A stretch of DNA of 35,834 bases from positions 1 to 35,834 of the IMG/VR virus record IMGVR_UViG_3300005934_000013, one strand, 5' to 3'. This DNA is from a virus. Its lineage: Duplodnaviria; Caudoviricetes. The notes beneath the pieces were generated by a model, which had not been told where the DNA came from, did no database searches, and saw nothing but the letters and a program-made list of their open reading frames with translations. This document shows positions 18,301 through 26,892 of the stretch, piece after piece. Each line of letters opens with the position of its first letter. Position 1 is the stretch's first letter. The translations under genes were made by a program, and so were the position numbers.

Positions 18301-21300
18301 GGAAGAACCTGATGTTCCTCCACTACCAGATGTACCAGATGAACCTGATGAACCTGATGAACCAGAACTTCCACTTATACCACTTGTACCACTTGAACCA
18401 GAAGAACCTGATGTTCCAGCTGAACCACTTGAACCTGATGAGCCACTTGTTCCAGATGTACCAAATTTATTTTCTATTTCAATAGTACCAAGCATTGATG
18501 TGTGAACAGTACATTGATAGAATATATTATTAGGTGCATTTTCAGGTACTCTATATTCAATTAATACTGATGTACTATGTTTTCCATTTGTTGGGTCATT
18601 ATTTGTTGTACCAGGTACAGCGGTTGTACTTTCACTAGCTAATCTCAATGCGAATGGATGTGATGAACTTACATTTGAAACATCAAAGTAATATAATTCA
18701 CCTCTTACAACAGTTATAGTTGGTTGATTTCCACTATATCCATCTATTGTAAAATTATTTCCACCAGGTGTTCTAACTACAAATAAAGCTCCACCCTCTC
18801 TACCAGCAGTTCCACTTGTACCACTTGTACCACTTGTACCAGCTGTACCCGATGAGCCAGATGTACCACTACTTCCACTTGTACCAGAAGTTCCACTACT
18901 TCCACTACTTCCACTTGAACCACTACTTCCACTTGAACCAGCTGAACCAGAAGTTCCAGACGTTCCACTTGTACCAGATGTTCCACTTGTTCCGCTTGAA
19001 CCAGAACTACCAGATGAGCCGGATGAACCTGATGTTCCACTTGAACCAGATGTTCCACTTGAACCAGATGTTCCACTCGTACCACTTGAACCAGAAGTAC
19101 CACTACTTCCACCAGTACCACTTGTTCCAGATGTACCAGATGAACCCGATGTACCAGTTGTTCCACTCGTTCCACTTGTACCCGAACTTCCACTTGTTCC
19201 ACTTGTTCCAGAAGAACCCGCAGTTCCCGTAGTACCACTACTTCCAGAAGAACCCGAAGTACCACCAGTACCAGATGTACCACTTACGGCGGTTACATCT
19301 CTCTTTTTAATTTCACCAGTTATTTCATCAATGATAAGAACTGTATCTGAACTACCCGTTTCTAATCCTATTAATTGTGTACTTCCCGTTACTACTAAAC
19401 TACCACTTACTTCAAATCTTCCAATGAAAGAACCAGTACCAGTATTTGGTAAGAAATTTTCTCCTAAGAAATCACCAGCATTTAAAGCGAATGAAGCGGT
19501 TGCTGCATAAGATGCTGAAAGTACAGTCATCGAAGCCGTTTGGTCATTTCTCACATAATCTTCAGCAGATACAGCGTTAGTTGCATGAGATGCTGAAAGT
19601 GCGTATGATGCGGATAATACCGTCATCGAAGATGTTTGTGATGATGATAAGAAGTTTGATGTATCTAAGAAAGATGCATTTAATGCAAATGATGCGGTTT
19701 CAGCAAATGATGCTGAAAGAACTGTCATCGATGCAGTTTGGTCATTTTGTATATAATTTTCTAAGTTTCCAATTTCAGCAAGAGATTCAGAACTAAATCC
19801 TAATAAGTTTGATGCCGTATCAGCGTTTTTAGCGAAATCAGCGTAAGATGCTGAAAGTACCGTACCTACTACATCAGAACCTTGTACAAATCCTGCTAAT
19901 CTACCACCAGTACCAATTACTGCTTGTCCACTTGTTAATCCACTAAATGTTACTCTAACCGATGAACTATCAATTGATTCGATTGATTGTGGAATAATCT
20001 GTCCATTTGAACCAGTTTCATAAATTTGAACTACTGGATAATCGATAGCAAAATTATGTTGGAATGTTACCTGAGTTACATTTGAGAATGGGAATGTTGC
20101 TGTATTACCAAATTGTGTTACGGGTCTAAATTTATTTGCATCAGCGTCAAATACTAAAATATCTAAATCATCAGGTACATCAACACCACTATTTTCACCC
20201 TGATATGGTCCTACGAATGATGAAGTAATTCTTGGTGAGAATACTTCAGTTCTTGCGTGAATTTTAGATGCACTAATATCATTTATAAAATCAACATCAC
20301 CAAAGAATGTTGAACCACTCTCTACTGATGTTACAACAAATCCATCATTAGGATTTGTAGATGCGGTTACTGAACCACTTAAAATTCTACTTTGGTCTAA
20401 TCCTTCAATTGCATCTGCAGGTATATTAAATAATCCCTCACCACTACCACTAAAGAATCCACTTCCAGATGGTATTTCTATATTACCAAAGAATGTTGAA
20501 CCACTAGCTATCGATGTTACAATAAATCCATCGGTATTATCAACAGATGCAGTTACCGAACCAGAAGTAATTTGTGTAATATTTAAGTCTTGAAGTGCTT
20601 CAGCAGGAATATTAAATAATCCACCACCATCACCAACGAAGAGTGTACCACTAATTTGGTTGTTTACAACTAAACCAAAGTTTGGAGAAATCGATGCGGT
20701 TGATGAACCAGATATGATTCTATTTAATTGTAAATCTTCAATCGCATCAAGAGGAATGTTGTATAATCCACCACCATCACCCTGATAAAGTGATGCGGTT
20801 ATTGATTCAGAAACATGTAGTGAACCACTAAGTTCTACCTTAACTGAACCTGTTTCTGATTCAACTCTGAAGAATCCACCAGGATCAACCGATGCGGTTA
20901 CCGAACCACTAAAGATACGAGATGAATCAATTGCTAAGTTAGCAATATCAATATTTGTTAAACCACTACCATCACCAGTAATAATTCCACCAACGTTCAA
21001 TGATTCTGAAATAGTAACTGAACCACTAAATGATGAATCTACGCTTGCCGTAATTCCTTGGTCAAATACTTTAAATTCATTAAATGAAAGTGATGCGGTT
21101 GCCGAACCACTCGATAACTGAGTTACATTGAGTGATAAGTTTGCAATATTAATGTTAGTTAAACCACTACCATCACCACTAAATATACCCCCACCACCAA
21201 CAGTTATTGAACCAGAAGTTTGAATTGAACCGGTAATTATAGAACCACTAATTGGAGAGGTTACAACAAATGTATCACCACTAGCAACCGATGCAGTAGC

Positions 21301-24300
21301 AGAACCACTTGCGATAAGAGGAGCAGCTGCAGCTTGTACATTTGTTAATTGAGAACCATCACCAACAAAGAATGATGCACTTACAGATTCAGCAATATCA
21401 ACCGAACCAGTTACAGATAAATTTTTACTTCCAGTTAAGAATCCTATTGATACACTACCACTTACATCCAAAGATGATTTAAATTCTGAACCACTTATTG
21501 CAGTTACAACGAAAGTATTACCACTCTCAACCGATGCCGTAGCAGAACCACTTGCGATTACAGGTGATAAATCCGCTTGTACATTTGTTAATTGAGAACC
21601 ATCTCCAACAAATGAACCAGAGAATGAACCACTTAATTCATTAGCTTCTATTTTATCAGCTGTTATTTTTTCACTTACATCGAAACTACCAGTTACATCT
21701 ACATCTCCTTTGAAAATATTAGTTGTTACTTCTGGTATAGTATCCAATACATCAAATATACCACCATATGATTCTGATTGAGGTGTATAATAGTACAATT
21801 CAGATGGTGCACTAGCCGATGGTGTAATAGTTAAGAAAGCTCCACTATTACCCGGATTTATACTACTACTAACTACATTAATAACATATTGAGAACCACT
21901 ATCGGAATTTGTACCATCTAAATTTTCAGATATTTTAAAATCAAATCCAGCATTAGAACTATCTGATAAATCAAAATAAGAAGGTTGTCCTTTAACAGTT
22001 TTAAATCTTGATTTACCAATACCATCTATAAAATATTTACTCTCCGATATGAATACTGAACGACTTGTTGGTATATTTTCTAATAAAATAGATGATGAAA
22101 CTACCAAAGAACCTGTTATAGTAGTATCACCTAATATATCAACATCACCTTCAAATGATGAAGATGTATTTACTATAAATCCTTCATCAGGTGCAATCGA
22201 TGCGGTAAATGAACCACTAGCTATAAAACTTCTTTGAACTACATCTTCTGCTAATGCTGATAGTGGAATATCAAATAAATCTCTACCACTACCACTAAAT
22301 GAACCACTAAACTCATCAGCTACAACCTTTGGAGTACTTATTGATTCGGTTACTTCTAATGTTCCATCTATTTTTAGATTGTCTTGAATTCTTGAATCTA
22401 AATATGGGAATTCAGTAACAACATTAATAACACTAGCACCAGCCATACCACTATGATTCAAACAATAGTAGTAAAGTTGAGTTGGTGTTTGTGATGTTAT
22501 TAGTATGGTAACTTTAGAACCTGCTTGTCCAGCAGAAATACTACCTGTATCTACACTCGCAGTGTATTCAGTTCCAGCAGCATGAGTACCATCTAATGTT
22601 GTAGAAAATTTTAATGGGTGAGTTGCATTTGATGCATCCGATTGGTCGAATGTATATGTACTACCACTTACTAAATATAAATCTGGATGTCTTTGTCCAT
22701 CTACAAAATATTTGTTACCATCATCAGTTGAAACAACAGTAACTATTTTTGTTAAATTATCTTTTATTTGATTTGATGATGAAATAAATACACTACCACT
22801 AACTGTTAAATCACCTTCAAATCTACCAGTTGAATTTACTTCAAATCCTCTTTCTGGGTCAACTGATGCGGTTACCGAACCACTAACAATTCTAAATGCT
22901 TCTTCGGTGATAGCTGATAAAGGAATATTGAATAATGCTTCACCACTACCACTAAAAATAGATGCAGAAGTTACACCAGTTACTGATAAATCTCCATCAA
23001 TTGATGCCGATGTATTTACTTCAAATCCAGAAACAGGTGAAACTGAAGCAGTTACTGAACCACTTGATATTTGTGGTGAATCCTCAGAAAGTGCTGATTG
23101 TGGAATATTAAATAATCCTTCACCACTACCAGAATAGAAAGAACCGCTATTTAGAGTTATACTTCCACTAACTTCTATTGAGCCACTAAATGTAGAACCA
23201 CTCTCAGTAGATTTTACTACAAATCCATCATCAGGTGAAACCGATGCGGTTACTGAACCACTTGATATCAATGGTGCATCTTCAGAAAGTGCTGATTGTG
23301 GAATATTAAATAATCCAGAACCATCTCCTACAAATCCACTTGATGTAATAAAACCACTAGCAGTTACATTACCTTCAATAGTAGTTTCACCAAATAACTT
23401 TTGTGTATCACTACCACTATCATCACCAAATATGTTTGAACCAGTTGAAATAATAGTTGATGAAGAAATGAATTGTGTAAATATTTCAGTTGCGGTAATT
23501 CTACCTCCAACTGTTAAATCATTATCAATTGTTAAATCACCTTGAATAGAACCAGATGTATTAACTACAAATCCTAAGTTTGGTGAAACAGATGCAGTTG
23601 CTGAACCACTAGCAATTCTTACAGCATCTTCAGAAAGTGCTGATTGAGGAATATTATTAAGTTGTGAACCATCACCAGCAACCGAACCACTTAATGAACC
23701 TGTAAATTGGTCAGAAGTTATTTTATCTGCGGTTATAATTGGTACATCTAAAGATTCTGATATAGAGACACTACCACTAAATTCAGATTTTACTGATTCA
23801 GTTGCGAATACCTTAAATACACCATCAGTTGAAACTGATGCGGTTACTGAACCTGTTGTTATTAAATTTGAAATAAGTGCATCATCAACTAATGCAGATT
23901 TAGGAATATCGAATAATTCAGCACCACTACCACTAAATACCGAACCACTACTTAGTTGAATACTACCACTAAATATAGAACCACTATCTATTGAAGTTAC
24001 TCTAAATACATTATCTTCAGTTGATGCAGTTACACTACCAGTACCAATAAAAATTGCTTCTCTTGATACCAATGCTTCGATTGATTCTTGTGCATCATTT
24101 GAAAGTGCTGAGAATGGGATATTAAATAAGTTTTCACCACTACCAGAATAAGATGAACCACTATTAACTTCTATATTACCACTAACTAAAAGTGAACCAC
24201 TTAATTCAGTTGTTACAGATGAAGTAGATTCTACTCTAAAAAATCCATCGGTTGAAACTGATGCGGTTACTGAACCCGTTGATATTAAATTTGAAATTAA

Positions 24301-25959
24301 TGCATCATCAGTTAATGCGGTTCTTGGTATATTAAATAAATTTTCACCACTACCACTAAAGAATGAACCTGATGATAAGAAAATTGAACCACTAAATGTA
24401 GAACCACTATCTTCTGATTCTACAACAAATCCAAAATTTGGAGATACCGAAGCAGTTACCGAACCACTTCTAATATTATTACTAACAAGTGCATCTTCGG
24501 TTAAAGCTGAACGAGGAATATCAAACAATTCAGCACCACTACCACTAAATACACTACCACTACTTAATCTTAAACTTCCACTAAATGTAGAACCACTTGC
24601 TTCAGAAATTACAACAAATCCATCTTCATCAGAAACCGATGCGGTTACACTACCAGTAGCTAATAAACCAGCTTCAAAAGCAAGAACTGCTTCAACAGCG
24701 TCTTGAGCATCATCCGAAAGTGCTGCTAATGGTACATTAAATAAATTTTCACCACTACCACTAAAGAACGAACCACTACTTAAAAATATTGAACCACTAA
24801 ATGTAGAACCACTAGCTTCTGAAGTTACAACAAAACCATCATCAGGTGAAACTGATGCAGTTACTGCTCCACTAATAATTAAATTTGTTTCTAATGCATC
24901 ATCAGTCAACGCTGAACGTGGAATGTTGAATAAATTTTCACCACTACCACTAAATGAAGAACCACTATTTAGATTAACATTTCCACTAACTAAAAGTGAA
25001 CCACTTAATTCAGTTGTTACTGAACCTGTTCCAAACACTCTGAAGAATCCATCATCGGAAACAGATGCGGTTACCGAACCACTTGTAATTAAATTAGATA
25101 TTAAAGCATCATCGGTAAGTGCCGATTTAGGGATATCGAATAAATTAGCACCACTACCACTAAAAGATGAACTAACATTGAGTTGTAAGTTTCCACTTAC
25201 AAATACACTACCACTAAATTCTGAAGTTACTGAACCAGTAGATTCTACTCTAAAGAAACCAGATGGGTCAACTGATGCGGTTACTGAACCTGTAATAATT
25301 TTTGATGCATCAAATGCATCAGGTGCGAGTGCTGATTTAGGAATATCAAATAACCCCTCACCACTACCACTAAAGAATCCACTCCCAGATGGTATTTCTA
25401 CATTACCATCTACGGTCAATGAACCAGTAATTTCAACTGAACCTGTAAATTCTTGCTTATCGGTTAGTTCATCACCAAAGATATTTGAACCAGATGAGAA
25501 AATAACTGAAGATGAAATGATTTCTACAATTAATTCTCTAGCTACAATACGATTATCAACAATTAAATCACCAGTGATTCTTGCAGTACCATCTAAATCC
25601 AAATCACCAACTATTGATGATGATGCATTTACTAAGAATCCAGTATTTGGAGCGATTGATGCGGATACCGAACCAGATATTAATCTTACTGCTTCGGGTA
25701 AATTGTTTAATTGAGAACCATCACCAGCAAATGAACCACTAAATGAACCCGTTACTTGCTCTAATTGAAGTGTAGTAACAAATAAACGATTACCTTCCGC
25801 ATCGGAAGCAACGAGCGCAATGGAGCCAGATGAAAGAGAACCACTCTCAGGAACACCTAAGTTTGGTTCAGCCTCATTCAGTCGTAGATATTCGTACCTA
25901 TCCTCCGAAACATCGGATGGTCTTACTACTTTAACCTTTCCGCTTAATAATTGGCTCAT
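15304..25959 (-). CDS. Giant fibre protein (3551 aa): Ser/Gly-rich repeats, three cupredoxin-like domains, two Gly-X-Y tracts, C-terminal fibre-tip domain
   Basis: Single open frame. C-terminal WPGTIEWANGAAPTLT...DILVFYTYDGGSTYYG resembles common phage fibre-tip domains. Followed by adhesin-like and chaperone genes. Confidence 0.85.
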   Translation of the reverse strand: MSQLLSGKVKVVRPSDVSEDRYEYLRLNEAEPNLGVPESGSLSSGSIALVASDAEGNRLFVTTLQLEQVTGSFSGSFAGDGSQLNNLPEAVRLISGSVSASIAPNTGFLVNASSSIVGDLDLDGTARITGDLIVDNRIVARELIVEIISSSVIFSSGSNIFGDELTDKQEFTGSVEITGSLTVDGNVEIPSGSGFFSGSGEGLFDIPKSALAPDAFDASKIITGSVTASVDPSGFFRVESTGSVTSEFSGSVFVSGNLQLNVSSSFSGSGANLFDIPKSALTDDALISNLITSGSVTASVSDDGFFRVFGTGSVTTELSGSLLVSGNVNLNSGSSFSGSGENLFNIPRSALTDDALETNLIISGAVTASVSPDDGFVVTSEASGSTFSGSIFLSSGSFFSGSGENLFNVPLAALSDDAQDAVEAVLAFEAGLLATGSVTASVSDEDGFVVISEASGSTFSGSLRLSSGSVFSGSGAELFDIPRSALTEDALVSNNIRSGSVTASVSPNFGFVVESEDSGSTFSGSIFLSSGSFFSGSGENLFNIPRTALTDDALISNLISTGSVTASVSTDGFFRVESTSSVTTELSGSLLVSGNIEVNSGSSYSGSGENLFNIPFSALSNDAQESIEALVSREAIFIGTGSVTASTEDNVFRVTSIDSGSIFSGSIQLSSGSVFSGSGAELFDIPKSALVDDALISNLITTGSVTASVSTDGVFKVFATESVKSEFSGSVSISESLDVPIITADKITSDQFTGSLSGSVAGDGSQLNNIPQSALSEDAVRIASGSATASVSPNLGFVVNTSGSIQGDLTIDNDLTVGGRITATEIFTQFISSSTIISTGSNIFGDDSGSDTQKLFGETTIEGNVTASGFITSSGFVGDGSGLFNIPQSALSEDAPLISSGSVTASVSPDDGFVVKSTESGSTFSGSIEVSGSITLNSGSFYSGSGEGLFNIPQSALSEDSPQISSGSVTASVSPVSGFEVNTSASIDGDLSVTGVTSASIFSGSGEALFNIPLSAITEEAFRIVSGSVTASVDPERGFEVNSTGRFEGDLTVSGSVFISSSNQIKDNLTKIVTVVSTDDGNKYFVDGQRHPDLYLVSGSTYTFDQSDASNATHPLKFSTTLDGTHAAGTEYTASVDTGSISAGQAGSKVTILITSQTPTQLYYYCLNHSGMAGASVINVVTEFPYLDSRIQDNLKIDGTLEVTESISTPKVVADEFSGSFSGSGRDLFDIPLSALAEDVVQRSFIASGSFTASIAPDEGFIVNTSSSFEGDVDILGDTTITGSLVVSSSILLENIPTSRSVFISESKYFIDGIGKSRFKTVKGQPSYFDLSDSSNAGFDFKISENLDGTNSDSGSQYVINVVSSSINPGNSGAFLTITPSASAPSELYYYTPQSESYGGIFDVLDTIPEVTTNIFKGDVDVTGSFDVSEKITADKIEANELSGSFSGSFVGDGSQLTNVQADLSPVIASGSATASVESGNTFVVTAISGSEFKSSLDVSGSVSIGFLTGSKNLSVTGSVDIAESVSASFFVGDGSQLTNVQAAAAPLIASGSATASVASGDTFVVTSPISGSIITGSIQTSGSITVGGGGIFSGDGSGLTNINIANLSLNVTQLSSGSATASLSFNEFKVFDQGITASVDSSFSGSVTISESLNVGGIITGDGSGLTNIDIANLAIDSSRIFSGSVTASVDPGGFFRVESETGSVKVELSGSLHVSESITASLYQGDGGGLYNIPLDAIEDLQLNRIISGSSTASISPNFGLVVNNQISGTLFVGDGGGLFNIPAEALQDLNITQITSGSVTASVDNTDGFIVTSIASGSTFFGNIEIPSGSGFFSGSGEGLFNIPADAIEGLDQSRILSGSVTASTNPNDGFVVTSVESGSTFFGDVDFINDISASKIHARTEVFSPRITSSFVGPYQGENSGVDVPDDLDILVFDADANKFRPVTQFGNTATFPFSNVTQVTFQHNFAIDYPVVQIYETGSNGQIIPQSIESIDSSSVRVTFSGLTSGQAVIGTGGRLAGFVQGSDVVGTVLSASYADFAKNADTASNLLGFSSESLAEIGNLENYIQNDQTASMTVLSASFAETASFALNASFLDTSNFLSSSQTSSMTVLSASYALSASHATNAVSAEDYVRNDQTASMTVLSASYAATASFALNAGDFLGENFLPNTGTGSFIGRFEVSGSLVVTGSTQLIGLETGSSDTVLIIDEITGEIKKRDVTAVSGTSGTGGTSGSSGSSGTTGTAGSSGTSGTSGSSGTSGTSGTTGTSGSSGTSGTSGTGGSSGTSGSSGTSGTSGSSGTSGSSGTSGSSGSSGSSGSSGTSGTSGTSGTSGTSGSAGSSGSSGSSGSSGSSGTSGTSGSSGTSGSSGTAGTSGTSGTSGTAGREGGALFVVRTPGGNNFTIDGYSGNQPTITVVRGELYYFDVSNVSSSHPFALRLASESTTAVPGTTNNDPTNGKHSTSVLIEYRVPENAPNNIFYQCTVHTSMLGTIEIENKFGTSGTSGSSGSSGSAGTSGSSGSSGTSGISGSSGSSGSSGSSGTSGSGGTSGSSGSSGSSGSSGTSGSSGTSGTSGTSGSSGSSGSSGSSGTSGSSGSSGTSGQEGSSGSAGTSGSSGTSGSTGTDGTSGTSGTSGTSGAEGSSGSAGTSGTSGSDGTSGSAGTSGTSGTTGTSGTSGTSGTSGTSGTSGTSGSGGTAGTSGTSGTSGTTGSEGTSGTSGTSGTSGSAGTSGTSGSAGTSGTSGTTGSEGTSGTSGTSGSAGTSGSAGTSGSAGTSGTSAEGSSGTAGTSGTSGTTGTSGSAGTSGTSAEGSSGTSGTSGTSGSSGTSGTSGTSGSSGTSAEGTSGTSGTSGTSGSSGTTGTSGSSGTSAEGSSGTSGTSGTNGTSGSSGTSGSAGSSGTTGTSGSSGQDGTFFGSSGTSGTSGSAGTSGTTGTSGTSGVDGTFFGSSGTSGTSGTSGSSGSSGTAGTGGSSGTSGSSGADGVDGQAGTDGTSGSSGLDGTNFGTAGTSGTSGTTGTSGSSGTTGTSGSSGLDGTNFGTSGSSGTSGAGTSGTSGQSGSSGTSGTTGTSGLDGTFFGSSGTAGTSGTSGAGTSGTSGSSGTSGTSGQDGTYFGSSGVSGTSGSAGTSGSTGTAGTTGTGGTSGTSGTSGSSGQDGTFFGSSGTSGTTGTAGSTGTAGTTGTGGSSGTTGTGGTSGTSGQDGTFFGSSGSAGTSGTSGQSGTSGVSGTAGSSGTSGQDGTLFGSSGTSGTSGESGSSGTSGNTGSDGTSGTSGLDGTLFGSSGSSGTTGTAGSSGSSGTSGETGTAGTSGTSGLDGTLFGSSGSSGTGGTSGVDGSSGTSGLTGAGGTSGSSGSSGTSGQDGTLFGSSGTSGTSGLGSSGTSGSSGSSGTSGSSGFLTVDNDGSDRVLTMDGDGTATAETNLTFDGNLLDVTGDLDVSDATFSLRYHENYVNIGNSSGSTNINLSLGNNFRINRTASITITLSNAPTGPRSIGFTLVLEDGSGGTATVSWPGTIEWANGAAPTLTANGKDILVFYTYDGGSTYYGFLSANNVS
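15781..18462 (-). repeat. 894-aa Gly-X-Y tract with periodic interruptions
   Basis: Residues 2500-3393. GTS/GSS/GSA triplets broken by 4x GTSAEG, 12x G(Q/L/V)DGT(F/L/N/Y)FG and a few G-X-G steps. Confidence 0.95.
18466..18789 (-). other. Cupredoxin-like domain 3 (ligands intact), between the two Gly-X-Y tracts
   Basis: SHPF ... YQCTVHTSMLG = His + Cys-x2-His-x2-Met (His codon 18658-18660, Cys 18511-18513, Met 18493-18495). Confidence 0.7.
18793..19281 (-). repeat. Gly-X-Y tract (about 54 triplets)
   Basis: Residues 2227-2389 of the 3551-aa protein; GTS/GSS triplets. Confidence 0.95.
19478..19866 (-). repeat. Four (QTASM)TVLSAS(F/Y)A repeats
   Basis: Directly visible in the translation just before the first Gly-X-Y tract. 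Confidence 0.85.
21745..22060 (-). other. Cupredoxin-like domain 2 (metal ligands lost)
   Basis: Colinear with domain 1 (KYFIDG...FDLSDSSNAG...LDGT...P.ELYYY) but reads GFDF instead of THPL and YYYTPQSESYGG instead of YYYCLNHSGMAG. Confidence 0.6.
22420..22745 (-). other. Cupredoxin-like domain 1 (ligands intact)
   Basis: ATHPL ... LYYYCLNHSGMAG = His + Cys-x2-His-x2-Met (His codon 22618-22620, Cys 22462-22464, Met 22444-22446). Confidence 0.7.
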
Positions 25960-25982
25960 TTATTTTTGTTCTTAATATATAA

Positions 25983-26849
25983 TTATTCGTTTGCACTTTC
26001 AAGTATCGATAAAATTACCGTTAAATCGGTAGAACCTGATACAATTAGTGAAAATTGTTGTTCTAATACTAATTTACCAGCTACAATCGGTGATAGTGAA
26101 TCTCCAGCAGGTATTTCAACATTAGTAATTAAATCAACAGGTGCTTGTTCAACTCTCGTTGGGTTTGATATGGTATTAGATATTGCATTAAGCAAATCCA
26201 CCGAAGCACTAATTGAACCCGATTCTGCTATCAAAGAATTATCAATGGATTGTGTAACACTCTCTTGATATAATCTAGTTACATCAGAAGAACCCGTTAC
26301 TGATTCATTGATAAGTATTTGTTGTACTAATAAATTAGCGTAATCTATCGCTTGATAAGATGCTGTAAAATAATTATTAGGAATTAAGATTTCTCCATTC
26401 TTATTATAGTAAGAAAGAGCCGCTTTTTTACTTTGAAGTGTTCCTCCTTCTGCTGCTATTAAATCTGCTTCAACACCATCAATAGCCGTTCTTACATATT
26501 CTTCAAAAAAAGAAGATGTAAAACTAAACGGAATTGGTTGTAAGTTATTTTGAAAATTAGTGTAAGCCGCTGATTCTTTTTCGATAAAAATTTGATTTTT
26601 TGCAATTAATGCGGATGCACTCAAAAAACTACCCGAATTATTAATTGAATCTACTTGAGGAACTGGCAAATCCCTATTACTTGTTATACTAATAGTAACA
26701 GGTTGATTTACAGTTCCAGTATTTGTTATTTGAGCAGATAATAAGATAGTAGAAACTCCTTTAGGAGCTGAATATACTACGTCATCATCACCTGTCAAAG
26801 TGGTAAGTACGGATTTAAATGCGTTAAGTGGTATTAATTCTTCTGCCAT
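25983..26849 (-). CDS. MANTFK-type adaptor paralog (288 aa) with an inserted helical domain
   Basis: Its N-terminus (LNAFK...VVYSAP...ILLSAQITN) and C-terminus (IPAGDS...KLVLE...LSILE) match the 110-aa ORF at 13173. The middle ~175 aa resembles the helical repeat of the upstream giant protein. Confidence 0.8.
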   Translation of the reverse strand: MAEELIPLNAFKSVLTTLTGDDDVVYSAPKGVSTILLSAQITNTGTVNQPVTISITSNRDLPVPQVDSINNSGSFLSASALIAKNQIFIEKESAAYTNFQNNLQPIPFSFTSSFFEEYVRTAIDGVEADLIAAEGGTLQSKKAALSYYNKNGEILIPNNYFTASYQAIDYANLLVQQILINESVTGSSDVTRLYQESVTQSIDNSLIAESGSISASVDLLNAISNTISNPTRVEQAPVDLITNVEIPAGDSLSPIVAGKLVLEQQFSLIVSGSTDLTVILSILESANE

Positions 26850-26855
26850 ATCCTA

Positions 26856-26864
26856 TATAAATAT
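26856..26864 (-). promoter_or_regulatory. Candidate late promoter motif ATATTTATA
   Basis: Exact motif only 6 nt upstream of ATG 26849, abutting an AGGA SD-like motif. Confidence 0.5.
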
Positions 26865-26892
26865 TTCTTTTATTTTTATTCACTTTTTTTTC

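Larger units (their letters stand above)
20290..25745 (-). repeat. About 21 copies of a 50-70-aa repeat (FSGSGExLFxIP..AL....SGSVTASVS..GF.V)
   Basis: 21 SGSVTASV-like cores counted. Two related copies occur at the N-terminus of the 3145-aa fibre. Confidence 0.9.

Noticed and set aside
15704-19283. Many 70-410-aa ORFs in other frames (MYHLFQ- and VHQV-rich)
   Set aside because: Same low-complexity shadow effect within the 3551-aa gene.
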